From contig OZ254086.1 of NCBI GenBank assembly GCA_965267575.1, forward strand, positions 1,664,141 through 1,728,140: 64,000 nt of DNA, read 5' to 3'. Shown here in pieces: positions 26,478 through 36,118 of the stretch. Origin of the DNA: Calditrichales bacterium (GTDB lineage: Bacteria > Calditrichota > Calditrichia > Calditrichales > J004). Below the pieces are notes generated by a model, which saw only the letters and a program-made list of their open reading frames with translations, had not been told where the DNA came from and did not search any database. Position numbers and translations under genes: made by a program. Position 1 is the stretch's first letter, and each line of letters starts with the position of its first letter.

Positions 26478-28958
26478 TTATTTCAATAAAAGCATTTTTT
26501 TGCTGATTGTTTTGGCTGCCGTGGTCAGGCGGTATATATAGAGTCCGCTGGCAAGGTGATCTCCGCGAAAGGTGACGGCGTGTTGCCCGGCTTTTACACT
26601 TTGATTAAGCAGCTGAGCCACTTCCCGACCGAGCATGTCATAAACAGCCAGATCGACGCGCGTGCTCTTGTTTATGCTGAATTCAATGGTCGTTTGCGGA
26701 TTAAAGGGATTCGGATAATTGTCAAAAAGGGTTATCTGCTGCGGAACAAAGGATGGCACATCATCCAGGCCAACCGGATAGGTGTCGATATGTGTTAATC
26801 TTGAGGTTCCTGTAAGCCCGGCACTATTGTAATCACCGGCAATAATAATTCCCTGGTCAGAAACAATCAGCTCGCGCACCACCGCATTTGCCTGTTCATT
26901 ATTCAGGCTGATTGTTGTGGGGCGCGGGTTTCCTCCAACGGAATCGATCACAGCAAATCCGTTGCGCACGCTCTCGCCAAGACGATTAAACGATCCACCC
27001 ACATGAATTTCTTCACCACGCTGGAAAATAGCGTAGACCGTTCCGCGGGAGCTGTTGCCGTTAAATTCCAGCAGAAACTGTGGTGCAACATCACCCTTCA
27101 GGCTATAGTCAGACAGCGAAAAGGCCGCAAAGCTGGCCTGATCCTTTCCGGCCACTTCGGAAAAATTTCCCCCGATATAGAGCGTATTGCCATAAGCCAT
27201 AAGCGTGTTGGGCGAACTGTTAGGTTCGGGATTCAGGGCATTGGCGTTTCCGCTGACTATATCGACGCCGGCGACATATTTACGGCTTTGCCCGCCAATG
27301 TTGTTAAACCAGCCGGCAACGTAAAGCGTGTTGTCGTGCAAGGACATGGAGCGCACGCTGGATTGCGGCTGAGGGTCCCAGCTTTCCAGGTTTCCTGACG
27401 CGTCAAAGGAAACGAGATAGCCGCGTTCCTGCCCACCGATTTCGTTAAAGCCCCCGCCAACAAAAAGACGATTGTTGCCGTAGGCCAGGGCCTCCACCGT
27501 TGAGTTGGGCTCAGGTGCCCAGTCGGTCAGGCTGCCGTCGGACAGGTTAATGGAGGCCAGGTTTCTGCGTTCCTCACCGTTGATGTTCCAGAAGCTGCCG
27601 CCGATGTAAAGAGTTTGGTCCACCACAATCACGTCGTTTATACGACCGCTCAGCTCTATGGAAATATCCAGCAGTTTGCTATCGGCTATGTTAAACGCTG
27701 CCAAACCTTCCCGCGAAGCACCATTCATTAGCCGGAAGCGGCCGCCGGCAAAAAGCGTCTCTTCATCATGCGCCAGAACGGTGCCGCGATATCCGGCAAC
27801 AGGGTTCCAGTCGGTAACACTGCCATCTGTCATTGAAACGGCGCCAAGATAGTTGCGGTCCATACCGCCCAGTTGCTTAAAGTCACCCGCTACAAACATG
27901 GTGTTGTCATAAACGCTGAAACTTTCGATTAGGGTTTCAAAACCGCCGACCTGCGGAGCCCAATCGAGAAAACTGTTATTGTTTATGTCCCATGCAGCCA
28001 GACAGGTGCGGCTCGTTTCATTTACGCTGCTATAGCCGCCGGCCATGTACAAGACATTGTTTATGATTTCAATGTCGTAAAGTCCCGCCGGTCCCTCTTC
28101 CTGGTAAAAATCGAATTTCAGCGCAGTCACTTTTTCGCTTTCCATATCTATTTGCGCGAAATATTCACGGCTGGAGTCGGCGATTCCGACAAAACTGCCC
28201 GCAAGAAAAAGCCGGCCATCATGGACAATACCGTCGAAAATAATCTGATCGCCGAAGTTGGTTTGCCCGTTTTGCGGGTCCCAGTCTGTGGCCATGCCCG
28301 AAACGGTATCAAGCTCTGCCATGCTAAAGCGGTCCTGGCCGCCGATGTTGGTAAAAATACCGAGAACCAGCAAAGTCGATTCCCGCGGCAAGATCTTATG
28401 CACAGTACCGTTAAAGCTGTAGCGCACCGCCTGCGGGTCCCAATCCGTAAGCTCAAGACTGTCCAGGCTGAAGCAGGCCAGCCCCATGCGATCAATGCTG
28501 TCCACCATTGTAAAATCGCCGCCGATGTAAAGCCGGTTATCCCATAACAACATGCTGCGGACTTCACCCCCCTCAATACGCGGCGTCCAGTCATCCAGGG
28601 TGCCATCTCCGGTTACATGAACGAGACCGAACTTCTGCTGCTCAGCGGCGCTGATAAAGTCTCCGGCAACGTACCAACCTCCATTGCCGTCGCTGATGGC
28701 CGCGGTGACATTTCCGTTTATTTTAGGATAATTGTCCAGCCAGTTTCCAATATTAAGATCAAAGAAAGCAGCCCCGCCGCTATAGGGACCAACGACATCA
28801 AAACCGCCGGCCATGTAAAGCGTGTTATCGACCAGCTCAATATCATTGGGAGTGGTGTTTGGGATATACAGCTCCTTGTTCACCTGGGCGTTTGCGGCTT
28901 GTACAAAAAGCAGCGTAATACAAAAAATCAAAGTGTTACAAAACATACAATCCTCCAA
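26478..28958 (-). CDS. secreted multi-blade beta-propeller repeat protein with T9SS C-terminal sorting domain
   Basis: 826 aa. About a dozen 50-55-aa repeats follow the pattern ...LY(I/V)GG.F..(I/V)(G/N)G..R..LA..(D/N)...G.(L/V)(T/L)DW.P.... The CTD is NYPNPFNPQTTIEF...SGLYIYRL...KKMLLLK. Confidence 0.7.
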   Translation of the reverse strand: MEDCMFCNTLIFCITLLFVQAANAQVNKELYIPNTTPNDIELVDNTLYMAGGFDVVGPYSGGAAFFDLNIGNWLDNYPKINGNVTAAISDGNGGWYVAGDFISAAEQQKFGLVHVTGDGTLDDWTPRIEGGEVRSMLLWDNRLYIGGDFTMVDSIDRMGLACFSLDSLELTDWDPQAVRYSFNGTVHKILPRESTLLVLGIFTNIGGQDRFSMAELDTVSGMATDWDPQNGQTNFGDQIIFDGIVHDGRLFLAGSFVGIADSSREYFAQIDMESEKVTALKFDFYQEEGPAGLYDIEIINNVLYMAGGYSSVNETSRTCLAAWDINNNSFLDWAPQVGGFETLIESFSVYDNTMFVAGDFKQLGGMDRNYLGAVSMTDGSVTDWNPVAGYRGTVLAHDEETLFAGGRFRLMNGASREGLAAFNIADSKLLDISIELSGRINDVIVVDQTLYIGGSFWNINGEERRNLASINLSDGSLTDWAPEPNSTVEALAYGNNRLFVGGGFNEIGGQERGYLVSFDASGNLESWDPQPQSSVRSMSLHDNTLYVAGWFNNIGGQSRKYVAGVDIVSGNANALNPEPNSSPNTLMAYGNTLYIGGNFSEVAGKDQASFAAFSLSDYSLKGDVAPQFLLEFNGNSSRGTVYAIFQRGEEIHVGGSFNRLGESVRNGFAVIDSVGGNPRPTTISLNNEQANAVVRELIVSDQGIIIAGDYNSAGLTGTSRLTHIDTYPVGLDDVPSFVPQQITLFDNYPNPFNPQTTIEFSINKSTRVDLAVYDMLGREVAQLLNQSVKAGQHAVTFRGDHLASGLYIYRLTTAAKTISKKMLLLK

Positions 28959-29190
28959 TCCTGATTGCTTCGAATGGAAGACAAAATTTTAGCGGGGCGG
29001 GCTGAACGAGTTGACGAAACCCGAAATCATACCTCTTCCATGTTATGGCTATATGCTCAAAGTTTGTGCCAGCGCTATGCCCGGATGTGTAAGTTATTGT
29101 TTTTTAACAGATAACTCCATCATAGTTTTTTTTAATGTTGTACATTTGCAACATCCGAATGAGCAAAAAGTGTCGGCCTTTCACGACACA

Positions 29191-31905
29191 TCAGCGCAGC
29201 GTAATCAGCAGCGTTTCAATTGACGCCGGGCCGGCAGTGAATGCAAAAAGGTGTTTGTGCTCCAGTGCCAGCTTCCCGGTTTCATTTTCCAGCAGATCCG
29301 CTTTAGAAACTTTGCTCAGCGCACGCCGCGTACGGGCGCTCACCAAAAGGTTTTTGGAACTGCGGTTGTAAACGCGCACAACAAACTGTTTGCGCTTTTT
29401 GCCGCTCTTTAGTGCGCTTATTTGTATCTCCGGCCGGTCAAAAGCGATTACCGGCGTGGCGGGCAATTGCCTTCCAGGCGCGCCTGTGAGGGTCTGGCTG
29501 TAAAGGGGAACAGCATACTCATACGCCACACGATGGGCCTGCTCCGGCTGCATGTTTTTGGCGAAAGGGACCAGGCTGTATTCAAACGTATGGCTGCCGG
29601 GGCATTGCGCTTCCGGTGTAGCCAGTTGTGGACCGGCCTGGGCCACGCGCGTTATGTAATCATTGCGTGAGAGAATACCCACACAGCGCAGCAGCGTAAG
29701 GGCAATCGCCGAATTTTCTTTTTGATGAATTATCTCATATTCAGGGAGGCCGCGGTTAGCCAGCAGCAATCCCTTTTCTTTCTTGTTAATGTAGACATAA
29801 GCGTTGTTGTGCCGCGTGCCGTAATATTCAAAACGGTTCTTAGCGTCGGGACGTTTATCGAAATGTGCCGGGCGTTCGATTGTGCCAAAGTGGCCGTCAG
29901 CGTAGGCCTTGCTAGCTTTAAATCCCGCAGGAAACAGAACCCTGAGCCTGTGATCTTCGGCTTTGTTGTCAAAGTGTGTCTTAAAATCTATACGCGGCTG
30001 ATTGTGATACAGCGTGATTTCAGTTTGCAGCCGGCAACCAACATTCGCCTGTGAACGACGCGCTCTTTTAGTGTGCAGCTTTTGGGGCAAAAGCCACGCA
30101 TATGTCAGCCGCATGGTTACGGCCAGCGGTCCGACCACCGGAAAATCAATTTTATCCGGCTTTTGGCGCAGCAGCAGGCGCTTGCCCTTTTCCACCCAGG
30201 AGTAGGTATATTCGTCGCCGGCATCCTCGCAATCTTCAAATAAATTACAATCTTCGTAAACCTGGCCGTTGCGCTTATCGGTAATCGTCAGCGTACCGTC
30301 TTTTGCGAGCTGAACTTTAAAGAAAGCGTTTTCGATTCTATCCTCGCCATGGCGCAACGTAGAGTGAGGCAATCCCGCCTTTTCTTTGAGGGGTGCGACA
30401 GACAGCATACGCCAGCCACAGGATGGAACCGAGCGGGCGGCAAGAAGCACTTTAACCCTGCGGTAACGGGCTTCGCTTAATACCTCCATGCGGTAAAGCG
30501 CCTCATCGGAAATGACCTGGTGCGGCAGCACATCGCCATTTTCATCCATGATGTGCCATTTTGAAATATCGGCCTGCGACAATGAAGACGGCAACAGCAG
30601 TTCGCATTCGGCCAGATCGGTATTGTCCCAGTTAAGCGGGTTAAACAGAAAAAGCGTGCGCGCTTCCGGATCACCGTTCATATCACTTCGGAATGCATCG
30701 AGCACGGCCTGCTCGCAGACATAGCGCCCAATTTGCTGTACTTTCTCAAAAAGTGTCACATTCTCGCGGTGTACTTCATCCACGCTGCAGCCACAAATGT
30801 CATCATGCGGATGGTTTTTGAGCAGCGTTTTCCAGGCGTTTTGAATAAACGCAGAATAATCCGCCCCGTTGTAAAGACGGCATAAAAGTGCCAGCGGCTC
30901 GGCATAACGCTCCAGCAGATTCTGGCAGGCATAATTGGCCTGCTTCAGATAGATCCGGGCAGAATAAACGCTCAGCAAAATAGGGTGGTGATAATTGCCG
31001 ATCAGTTCTCCGCTGTGGGTTTTAAGGTTACCCGAATGCTTTTCAACTTCGTCAATAAAATCGGCAAAAGTGCCGTGGCGCAGTTCAATGTCACTTTGCA
31101 CTTTGTTGCAGGCTTTTATCAGTTTGGGTGTTTGCGGCTGCGGTGGCAAATGATCAATGCCGTTGTTTAGCAGGATAGCCGGTGTTTGCGCCAGCGGTTT
31201 TAAATTATTCAGCGTTTTTTGCAGGTTCTGCAAAGCAACCTCTTCATCCGGTTCGCTGAAGCGGTAATCGCCAAAGTCATATTCAAAGCCCCAGCAGGCC
31301 AGGTTGCCGTAAATGTCGCGTTGGTTAATTGAAAGGATGCGGCTGCCGTCCGGGCCTTCCCAGAAAAAATCTGTGCCCAGCTTTTCGATTTCTTTGCCCA
31401 TGCCTCGGGAAAAGATAAAGGAGCGCAGTCCGCTTTTTTTCAGTATTTGCGGCAACTGGGCAATATGTCCAAAAGGATCGGGTACATAGCCTTCCCGCAT
31501 TGTAGCTCCAAATTCTTCGGCGATGGCCATACCCATTTGCAGGTTGCGAACAAGGGCTTCACCGCTCACCAGAAATTCATCGGGCAGAATATACCATGGC
31601 CCTACGTGCAGCCTGCCGGACTTTACCAGTTTTTTTAATCTCTCTTTATTTTCCGGCTTTACTTCCAGGTAATCCTCAAGAACAACGGTTTGGCCGTCCA
31701 GCACAAAGGCTTGGTAGTCAGAATCGTTTTCCAGGATTTCCAGCAACTGGTCGATGGTTTGCACAAGCCGCACGCGAAACCACTCAAACGGCCAGTACCA
31801 GGCCCGGTCCCAGTGCGTGTGTGAAACAACAAATCCTGTAAGCTTTTTCTCAGACATTACACTTTCCCGGTTATGCGATTTTTGATTAAACATCAATTGG
31901 GTCAA
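29191..31905 (-). CDS. GH38 alpha-mannosidase
   Basis: 904 aa with the N-terminal GH38 signature VVSHTHWDRAWYWPFE. The real start may be ATG 31857 (MSEKKLTGFVV...). Confidence 0.85.
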   Translation of the reverse strand: MTQLMFNQKSHNRESVMSEKKLTGFVVSHTHWDRAWYWPFEWFRVRLVQTIDQLLEILENDSDYQAFVLDGQTVVLEDYLEVKPENKERLKKLVKSGRLHVGPWYILPDEFLVSGEALVRNLQMGMAIAEEFGATMREGYVPDPFGHIAQLPQILKKSGLRSFIFSRGMGKEIEKLGTDFFWEGPDGSRILSINQRDIYGNLACWGFEYDFGDYRFSEPDEEVALQNLQKTLNNLKPLAQTPAILLNNGIDHLPPQPQTPKLIKACNKVQSDIELRHGTFADFIDEVEKHSGNLKTHSGELIGNYHHPILLSVYSARIYLKQANYACQNLLERYAEPLALLCRLYNGADYSAFIQNAWKTLLKNHPHDDICGCSVDEVHRENVTLFEKVQQIGRYVCEQAVLDAFRSDMNGDPEARTLFLFNPLNWDNTDLAECELLLPSSLSQADISKWHIMDENGDVLPHQVISDEALYRMEVLSEARYRRVKVLLAARSVPSCGWRMLSVAPLKEKAGLPHSTLRHGEDRIENAFFKVQLAKDGTLTITDKRNGQVYEDCNLFEDCEDAGDEYTYSWVEKGKRLLLRQKPDKIDFPVVGPLAVTMRLTYAWLLPQKLHTKRARRSQANVGCRLQTEITLYHNQPRIDFKTHFDNKAEDHRLRVLFPAGFKASKAYADGHFGTIERPAHFDKRPDAKNRFEYYGTRHNNAYVYINKKEKGLLLANRGLPEYEIIHQKENSAIALTLLRCVGILSRNDYITRVAQAGPQLATPEAQCPGSHTFEYSLVPFAKNMQPEQAHRVAYEYAVPLYSQTLTGAPGRQLPATPVIAFDRPEIQISALKSGKKRKQFVVRVYNRSSKNLLVSARTRRALSKVSKADLLENETGKLALEHKHLFAFTAGPASIETLLITLR

Positions 31906-32018
31906 TCTCTGCCAAGATTACACATTTTTCTTATACGGATAAACGCTTGTCGATTATAAATATTTGCCAGACTGGCAAATCAAAAAAACAATCAAAGTAT
32001 AAACAGGAGTTGCTATTC

Positions 32019-33242
32019 ATGAGTCGTATTTTTCCAGTATTTATCATATTAATCTTATTATTATCAAGTGCTTCAGCACAGGAACCTATACAGGTATTTG
32101 GATTTTTTCAAACCCGCTTAATGCAGGTAAACGGAACAAGTGATGTGATTGCACGGGATGTTCCCGTAGCCATTAATCCTCAAACAGGCATGCCCGTTTT
32201 TCAGGATGTAACAGTCAGTGAGGTCGAGGAAGACCGCCTTACCGCTGATATTCAGCAATTAAACCTGTTTTTCAGAAAAGAGATTGATCCGCGCTTTACA
32301 GCCTGGGTAAACCTTGAACTTACAAATACCTACTCTTCCGAGCGCGGATGGGGAACAATCAATCTTGAAGAAGCATGGCTGCGCTACACCCGCACTGATG
32401 CCTTTGTTGTAAAAGCCGGCTTGCTGATCCCCAAATTCAACAGTATGAATGAAATCAAAAACCGTATGCCCCTGCTGCCTTATATCATCCGCCCGCTGGT
32501 GTATGAGGCATCGCTTTCGGCGATTTTTAACCAGGGCGACTTCATTCCCGGACGTGCTTTTGTCCAGGTTTATGGCAGCATTCCCGTGGGCAAAGCCATT
32601 TTTAACTATGCCGTTCATGCCGGTCACGCTGAAAAAGAATACTTTGTTTCCGGAGATGCAGTAGGCGCCCAGGTGGCCGGAACCGACACAACCACGTTCA
32701 AGGCATTCGGCGGTCGCGCCGGTGTTGAGTATGGCAACGTGAAAGCCGGTGTATCTTTCACCTATGACTATGACAATCAATATATACCGCTGGCCATGGG
32801 CGTACCCGCGCTTAACCAGGATGTACCGCGTACACGTTTGGGTGCAGACCTGGCCTTTACATTGGGTGATGCCTATTTCGAGGGCGAATTTATCCAGGTA
32901 ACCGAAGATCCTGATACGGACCCGGTTCTTGGCGACGTGGACCTCGACAAGATGTTTTATTATGGAACAGCCGGCTACAATTTTACTGATCAGTGGTTTG
33001 GTTATGGCAGCTACAGCTATATCGAAGACAACGCAGTGGACTTTCTTGGTGACGGCATGCAGAGCTATCTCGTGGGTTTTGGTTTCCGTCCGGCCTACTC
33101 GGTTGTACTGAAAGCCCAGTATGCCCATTACGTTGTCGATAACGGCACAACAAGCATCCCGATTCCTGAAGTGGGTGTTGTGCCCGGAACGGTAGATATC
33201 AAATATGATGCGTTTGGCGTGGCCCTTAGTATCATTCTGTAG
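32019..33242 (+). CDS. putative outer-membrane porin (beta-barrel)
   Basis: The ORF track starts at 31947; I prefer ATG 32019, which follows AGGAG (MSRIFPVFIILILLLSSASAQEP...). The sequence shows alternating amphipathic beta-strand character with many aromatic girdle residues. Family assignment is uncertain. Confidence 0.5.
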   Translation: MSRIFPVFIILILLLSSASAQEPIQVFGFFQTRLMQVNGTSDVIARDVPVAINPQTGMPVFQDVTVSEVEEDRLTADIQQLNLFFRKEIDPRFTAWVNLELTNTYSSERGWGTINLEEAWLRYTRTDAFVVKAGLLIPKFNSMNEIKNRMPLLPYIIRPLVYEASLSAIFNQGDFIPGRAFVQVYGSIPVGKAIFNYAVHAGHAEKEYFVSGDAVGAQVAGTDTTTFKAFGGRAGVEYGNVKAGVSFTYDYDNQYIPLAMGVPALNQDVPRTRLGADLAFTLGDAYFEGEFIQVTEDPDTDPVLGDVDLDKMFYYGTAGYNFTDQWFGYGSYSYIEDNAVDFLGDGMQSYLVGFGFRPAYSVVLKAQYAHYVVDNGTTSIPIPEVGVVPGTVDIKYDAFGVALSIIL

Positions 33243-33272
33243 TAACCATAAATACGAGTAGCGGAGATTATA

Positions 33273-33686
33273 ATGAAAAAGATTTTGATTTTAATACTGG
33301 CAATGTGCGCTATGACAATTGCGTCGGCAAACGCGCAGGTAGCAGTAATCGTAAATAATTCTGTCGGAGAAGACGCACTTGATCAGACAAAACTGGCGCA
33401 AATCTATACACTGAAGGTTAAAAGCTGGGATGATGGCAGTAAGATCGTTGTCTTTGATTCAAAGGATGATATATCCGATCAGTTTTACAGCTATATCGGG
33501 AAGTCAGCAGCGGATTTGCGCAAGGAGTGGATGCGCGCACAGCTTACCGGTGAAGGTAAGGCGCCAAAGGCCCTCAAAAACGACGCGGAAGTCATCGAAA
33601 GTGTTGCCGCAACGCCCGGAGCTATCGGCTATGTCAGTGAGGCATCTGTCACCGACAAGGTAAAAGTGGTGGCAACCATTAAGTAA
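33273..33686 (+). CDS. small periplasmic PstS-like (PBP-like) substrate-binding domain protein
   Basis: 137 aa with a signal peptide. VAVIVNNSV...L...IYT...W.DGSKIVV and PGAIGYVS are PstS/PBP_like motifs. The protein is only about half the length of a complete two-lobe PBP. Confidence 0.6.
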   Translation: MKKILILILAMCAMTIASANAQVAVIVNNSVGEDALDQTKLAQIYTLKVKSWDDGSKIVVFDSKDDISDQFYSYIGKSAADLRKEWMRAQLTGEGKAPKALKNDAEVIESVAATPGAIGYVSEASVTDKVKVVATIK

Positions 33687-33699
33687 CCATGGAGAAGAC

Positions 33700-36114
33700 A
33701 TGGAAGTATTAACATTCCTGAAAAAATCGGTTAAGTGGAAGCTGGTTGCGGCCTGCAGCGCAATCTTAATTGTGCTGATCGTATTCACCTCCATCTACTT
33801 TCCATCGAAACAAAAATCACTGGCCCTGGATTACGCGCAGACGCAGGTGCACACGCTGAGCGAAATGATCGCCTTTACAGCTGGCGCCGGTCTTTATGAC
33901 GGTAACATCGAGCTTGTTTCCGCGGCTATGGATTGGGCGAAAAAGGATCCTAATGCCGTCTATATCCGCATTGTGGATAACGACGGTAATCAGATCATAG
34001 AGTACAACCCTTCGAATCTGTCGTTGCAAGGTGTAGCATCCATGGCTGCCGGCGAAACGAAGGTAGACGGCGAGTACATTCTGGCACTTGCCAAAATGGA
34101 TTATCAGGAGACAGAGTTTGGCCAGATACATATTGGCTATTCGCTGGAAGCGGTGAATGACAAGATCGGCGGCACAGTGGTTGTCTCGGTGCTGATCAAT
34201 CTGCTGCTTTTTGCCATCGGCATCGGGCTGATCCTGTTTATCAGCAATTACCTTACGCGGCAGATTGTAAACATCCGCAATGCCGCGCGTCAGGTGGGTG
34301 AAGGCGATCTTGATGTGGAACTTTACGTAACCAGCGAAGACGAAATCGGTGAGTTGAGCCAGTCCATCAACAGCATGGTACAATCGCTGCGCTTAAACCG
34401 CGAGCAGACGCTGGAGCAGGCCCGTACCGCCGATAACATCGTGCGTGAAGTAGATGGTGTGGCCGACCGCCTGCGCGAGGGTGATATTGACGCCCGCGCC
34501 AATGTGGACAGCGTAAATGAAGATCACTACAAGCGTATGCTTTTAGGCTTTAACCAGGCTCTGGACGCGGTTATCCACCCCACGCTGGAAGCTATGGAGA
34601 TCATCAGCGAATATGCCGCCGGTAACCTGGAGCGCGAAATGCGTACGCTTCCCGGTAAGCAGATTGCGCTTACAAATGCCATAAATACAATCCGAAATAA
34701 CCTGAAAACATTGATTGGCGAGTTGCTGATGCTGGTGAAGGCGGCCGAAGAGGGCAATCTTTCCGTACGCGGCGATCTGGATAAATTTGACGGCAGCTAT
34801 GAGGAGATCATCCGTGGCGTCAACAATATCATTGCCCGGATAATAGAACCGGTCCGTGATGCCATCGGCGTGCTGCAGGATATCGCCACAGGCAACCTTG
34901 CCGTGGAGGTCCGCGGCGACTACAAGGGCGATCATGCCAATATGAAAATCGCCATGAACAAAACGCTGAGCGCCCTTAACAACGCTTTGGGCAAGGTTTC
35001 CCGTTCCGTAGATATGGTGCGCTCAAGCGCCGGACAGATTTCCGATAATAACCATTCGCTGTCGCAGGGTGCGTCCGAGCAGGCCAGCTCTTTGGAGCAG
35101 ATAACAGCCTCGATGAAGGAAATTCAATCACAGACGAATAACAACTCCGCCAGCGCCGTACAGGCCAGCAAGCTTACCGGGGAGGCTTCCAGCTTCGCGC
35201 ACAAAGGAAACAGCAAAATGCAGAGTATGCTTGAGGCCATGAATGAGATCAACGGTTCATCTGAAGAGATCTCCAAGATCATTAAGGCCATAGACGAGAT
35301 CGCGTTTCAAACCAACCTGCTGGCGCTGAACGCGGCCGTGGAAGCGGCACGCGCCGGTGTACACGGCAAAGGCTTCGCCGTTGTTGCCGAGGAGGTGCGC
35401 AGTCTGGCGCAACGCAGCGCCAAGGCGGCCAATGAGACAACAGAGCTGATCGAGAATTCCGTCTCGAAAGTGAAGAACGGCATGCAGATTGCCAATGAGA
35501 CGGCCGAGGCCCTGGAGTCGATTGTAAGCCAGGTGACCAAAGCATCGGATCTGGTGAACGAAATCGCCGTAGCCAGCAAGGAACAGGCGGAGGGCATTTC
35601 ACAGGTAAACAGCGGCTTGGAACAGATTGACAAGGTAACCCAGCAGAATACGGCCAATGCCGAAGAAAGCGCTTCAACCGCCCATGAACTGTTCAACCAG
35701 TCCAGCGAGTTGCAGCAGCTTATCGGTAAGTTTAAGCTGCGCCGTGCCCGGCAGGATCTGCATCAGGCACCAAAAGTGAGCAATGGTTTTCAAAAGCCGC
35801 AAGAACAGGCTGCCACCCGGCCGGCAAAACCGCTCCCAAAGCCCGTGGCAAAAACAACGGCAAAGCCTGCGGCCAAAGAAGCGGAGAAACCCGCCGCTAA
35901 CAATAGTGATTCAACTGATAAAAACAGCAGGCGAAGAGTGGATAATGTTTCCGCAAAACCTGTTGTCAAAAATGGCAAAAAAGAAAAAGCCGACGCACCC
36001 GCGCCGGCTTCTAAAAAGAAAGCTCCCGATAACGATCACCATTTTGGCATGGAACATTCCGACGATGATGATATCATTATCAATCTTGATGATGACGATT
36101 TCGGAGATTTTTAG
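33700..36114 (+). CDS. methyl-accepting chemotaxis protein with poly-HAMP array and long C-terminal tail
   Basis: 804 aa with two TM segments and at least four HAMP-like G(D/N)L... units. The canonical signalling hairpin is present ([44 protein letters not shown]). Confidence 0.9.
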   Translation: MEVLTFLKKSVKWKLVAACSAILIVLIVFTSIYFPSKQKSLALDYAQTQVHTLSEMIAFTAGAGLYDGNIELVSAAMDWAKKDPNAVYIRIVDNDGNQIIEYNPSNLSLQGVASMAAGETKVDGEYILALAKMDYQETEFGQIHIGYSLEAVNDKIGGTVVVSVLINLLLFAIGIGLILFISNYLTRQIVNIRNAARQVGEGDLDVELYVTSEDEIGELSQSINSMVQSLRLNREQTLEQARTADNIVREVDGVADRLREGDIDARANVDSVNEDHYKRMLLGFNQALDAVIHPTLEAMEIISEYAAGNLEREMRTLPGKQIALTNAINTIRNNLKTLIGELLMLVKAAEEGNLSVRGDLDKFDGSYEEIIRGVNNIIARIIEPVRDAIGVLQDIATGNLAVEVRGDYKGDHANMKIAMNKTLSALNNALGKVSRSVDMVRSSAGQISDNNHSLSQGASEQASSLEQITASMKEIQSQTNNNSASAVQASKLTGEASSFAHKGNSKMQSMLEAMNEINGSSEEISKIIKAIDEIAFQTNLLALNAAVEAARAGVHGKGFAVVAEEVRSLAQRSAKAANETTELIENSVSKVKNGMQIANETAEALESIVSQVTKASDLVNEIAVASKEQAEGISQVNSGLEQIDKVTQQNTANAEESASTAHELFNQSSELQQLIGKFKLRRARQDLHQAPKVSNGFQKPQEQAATRPAKPLPKPVAKTTAKPAAKEAEKPAANNSDSTDKNSRRRVDNVSAKPVVKNGKKEKADAPAPASKKKAPDNDHHFGMEHSDDDDIIINLDDDDFGDF

Positions 36115-36118
36115 CGGA

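Noticed and set aside
29011-29223. 70-aa plus-strand ORF in the 232-nt spacer between the propeller gene and GH38. Also the plus-strand ORFs 58018-58604, which are antisense to the YeeE/YedE genes.
   Set aside because: They have non-ATG or weak starts, no Shine-Dalgarno, cysteine- or arginine-rich odd composition, and overlap better-supported genes or their ends.
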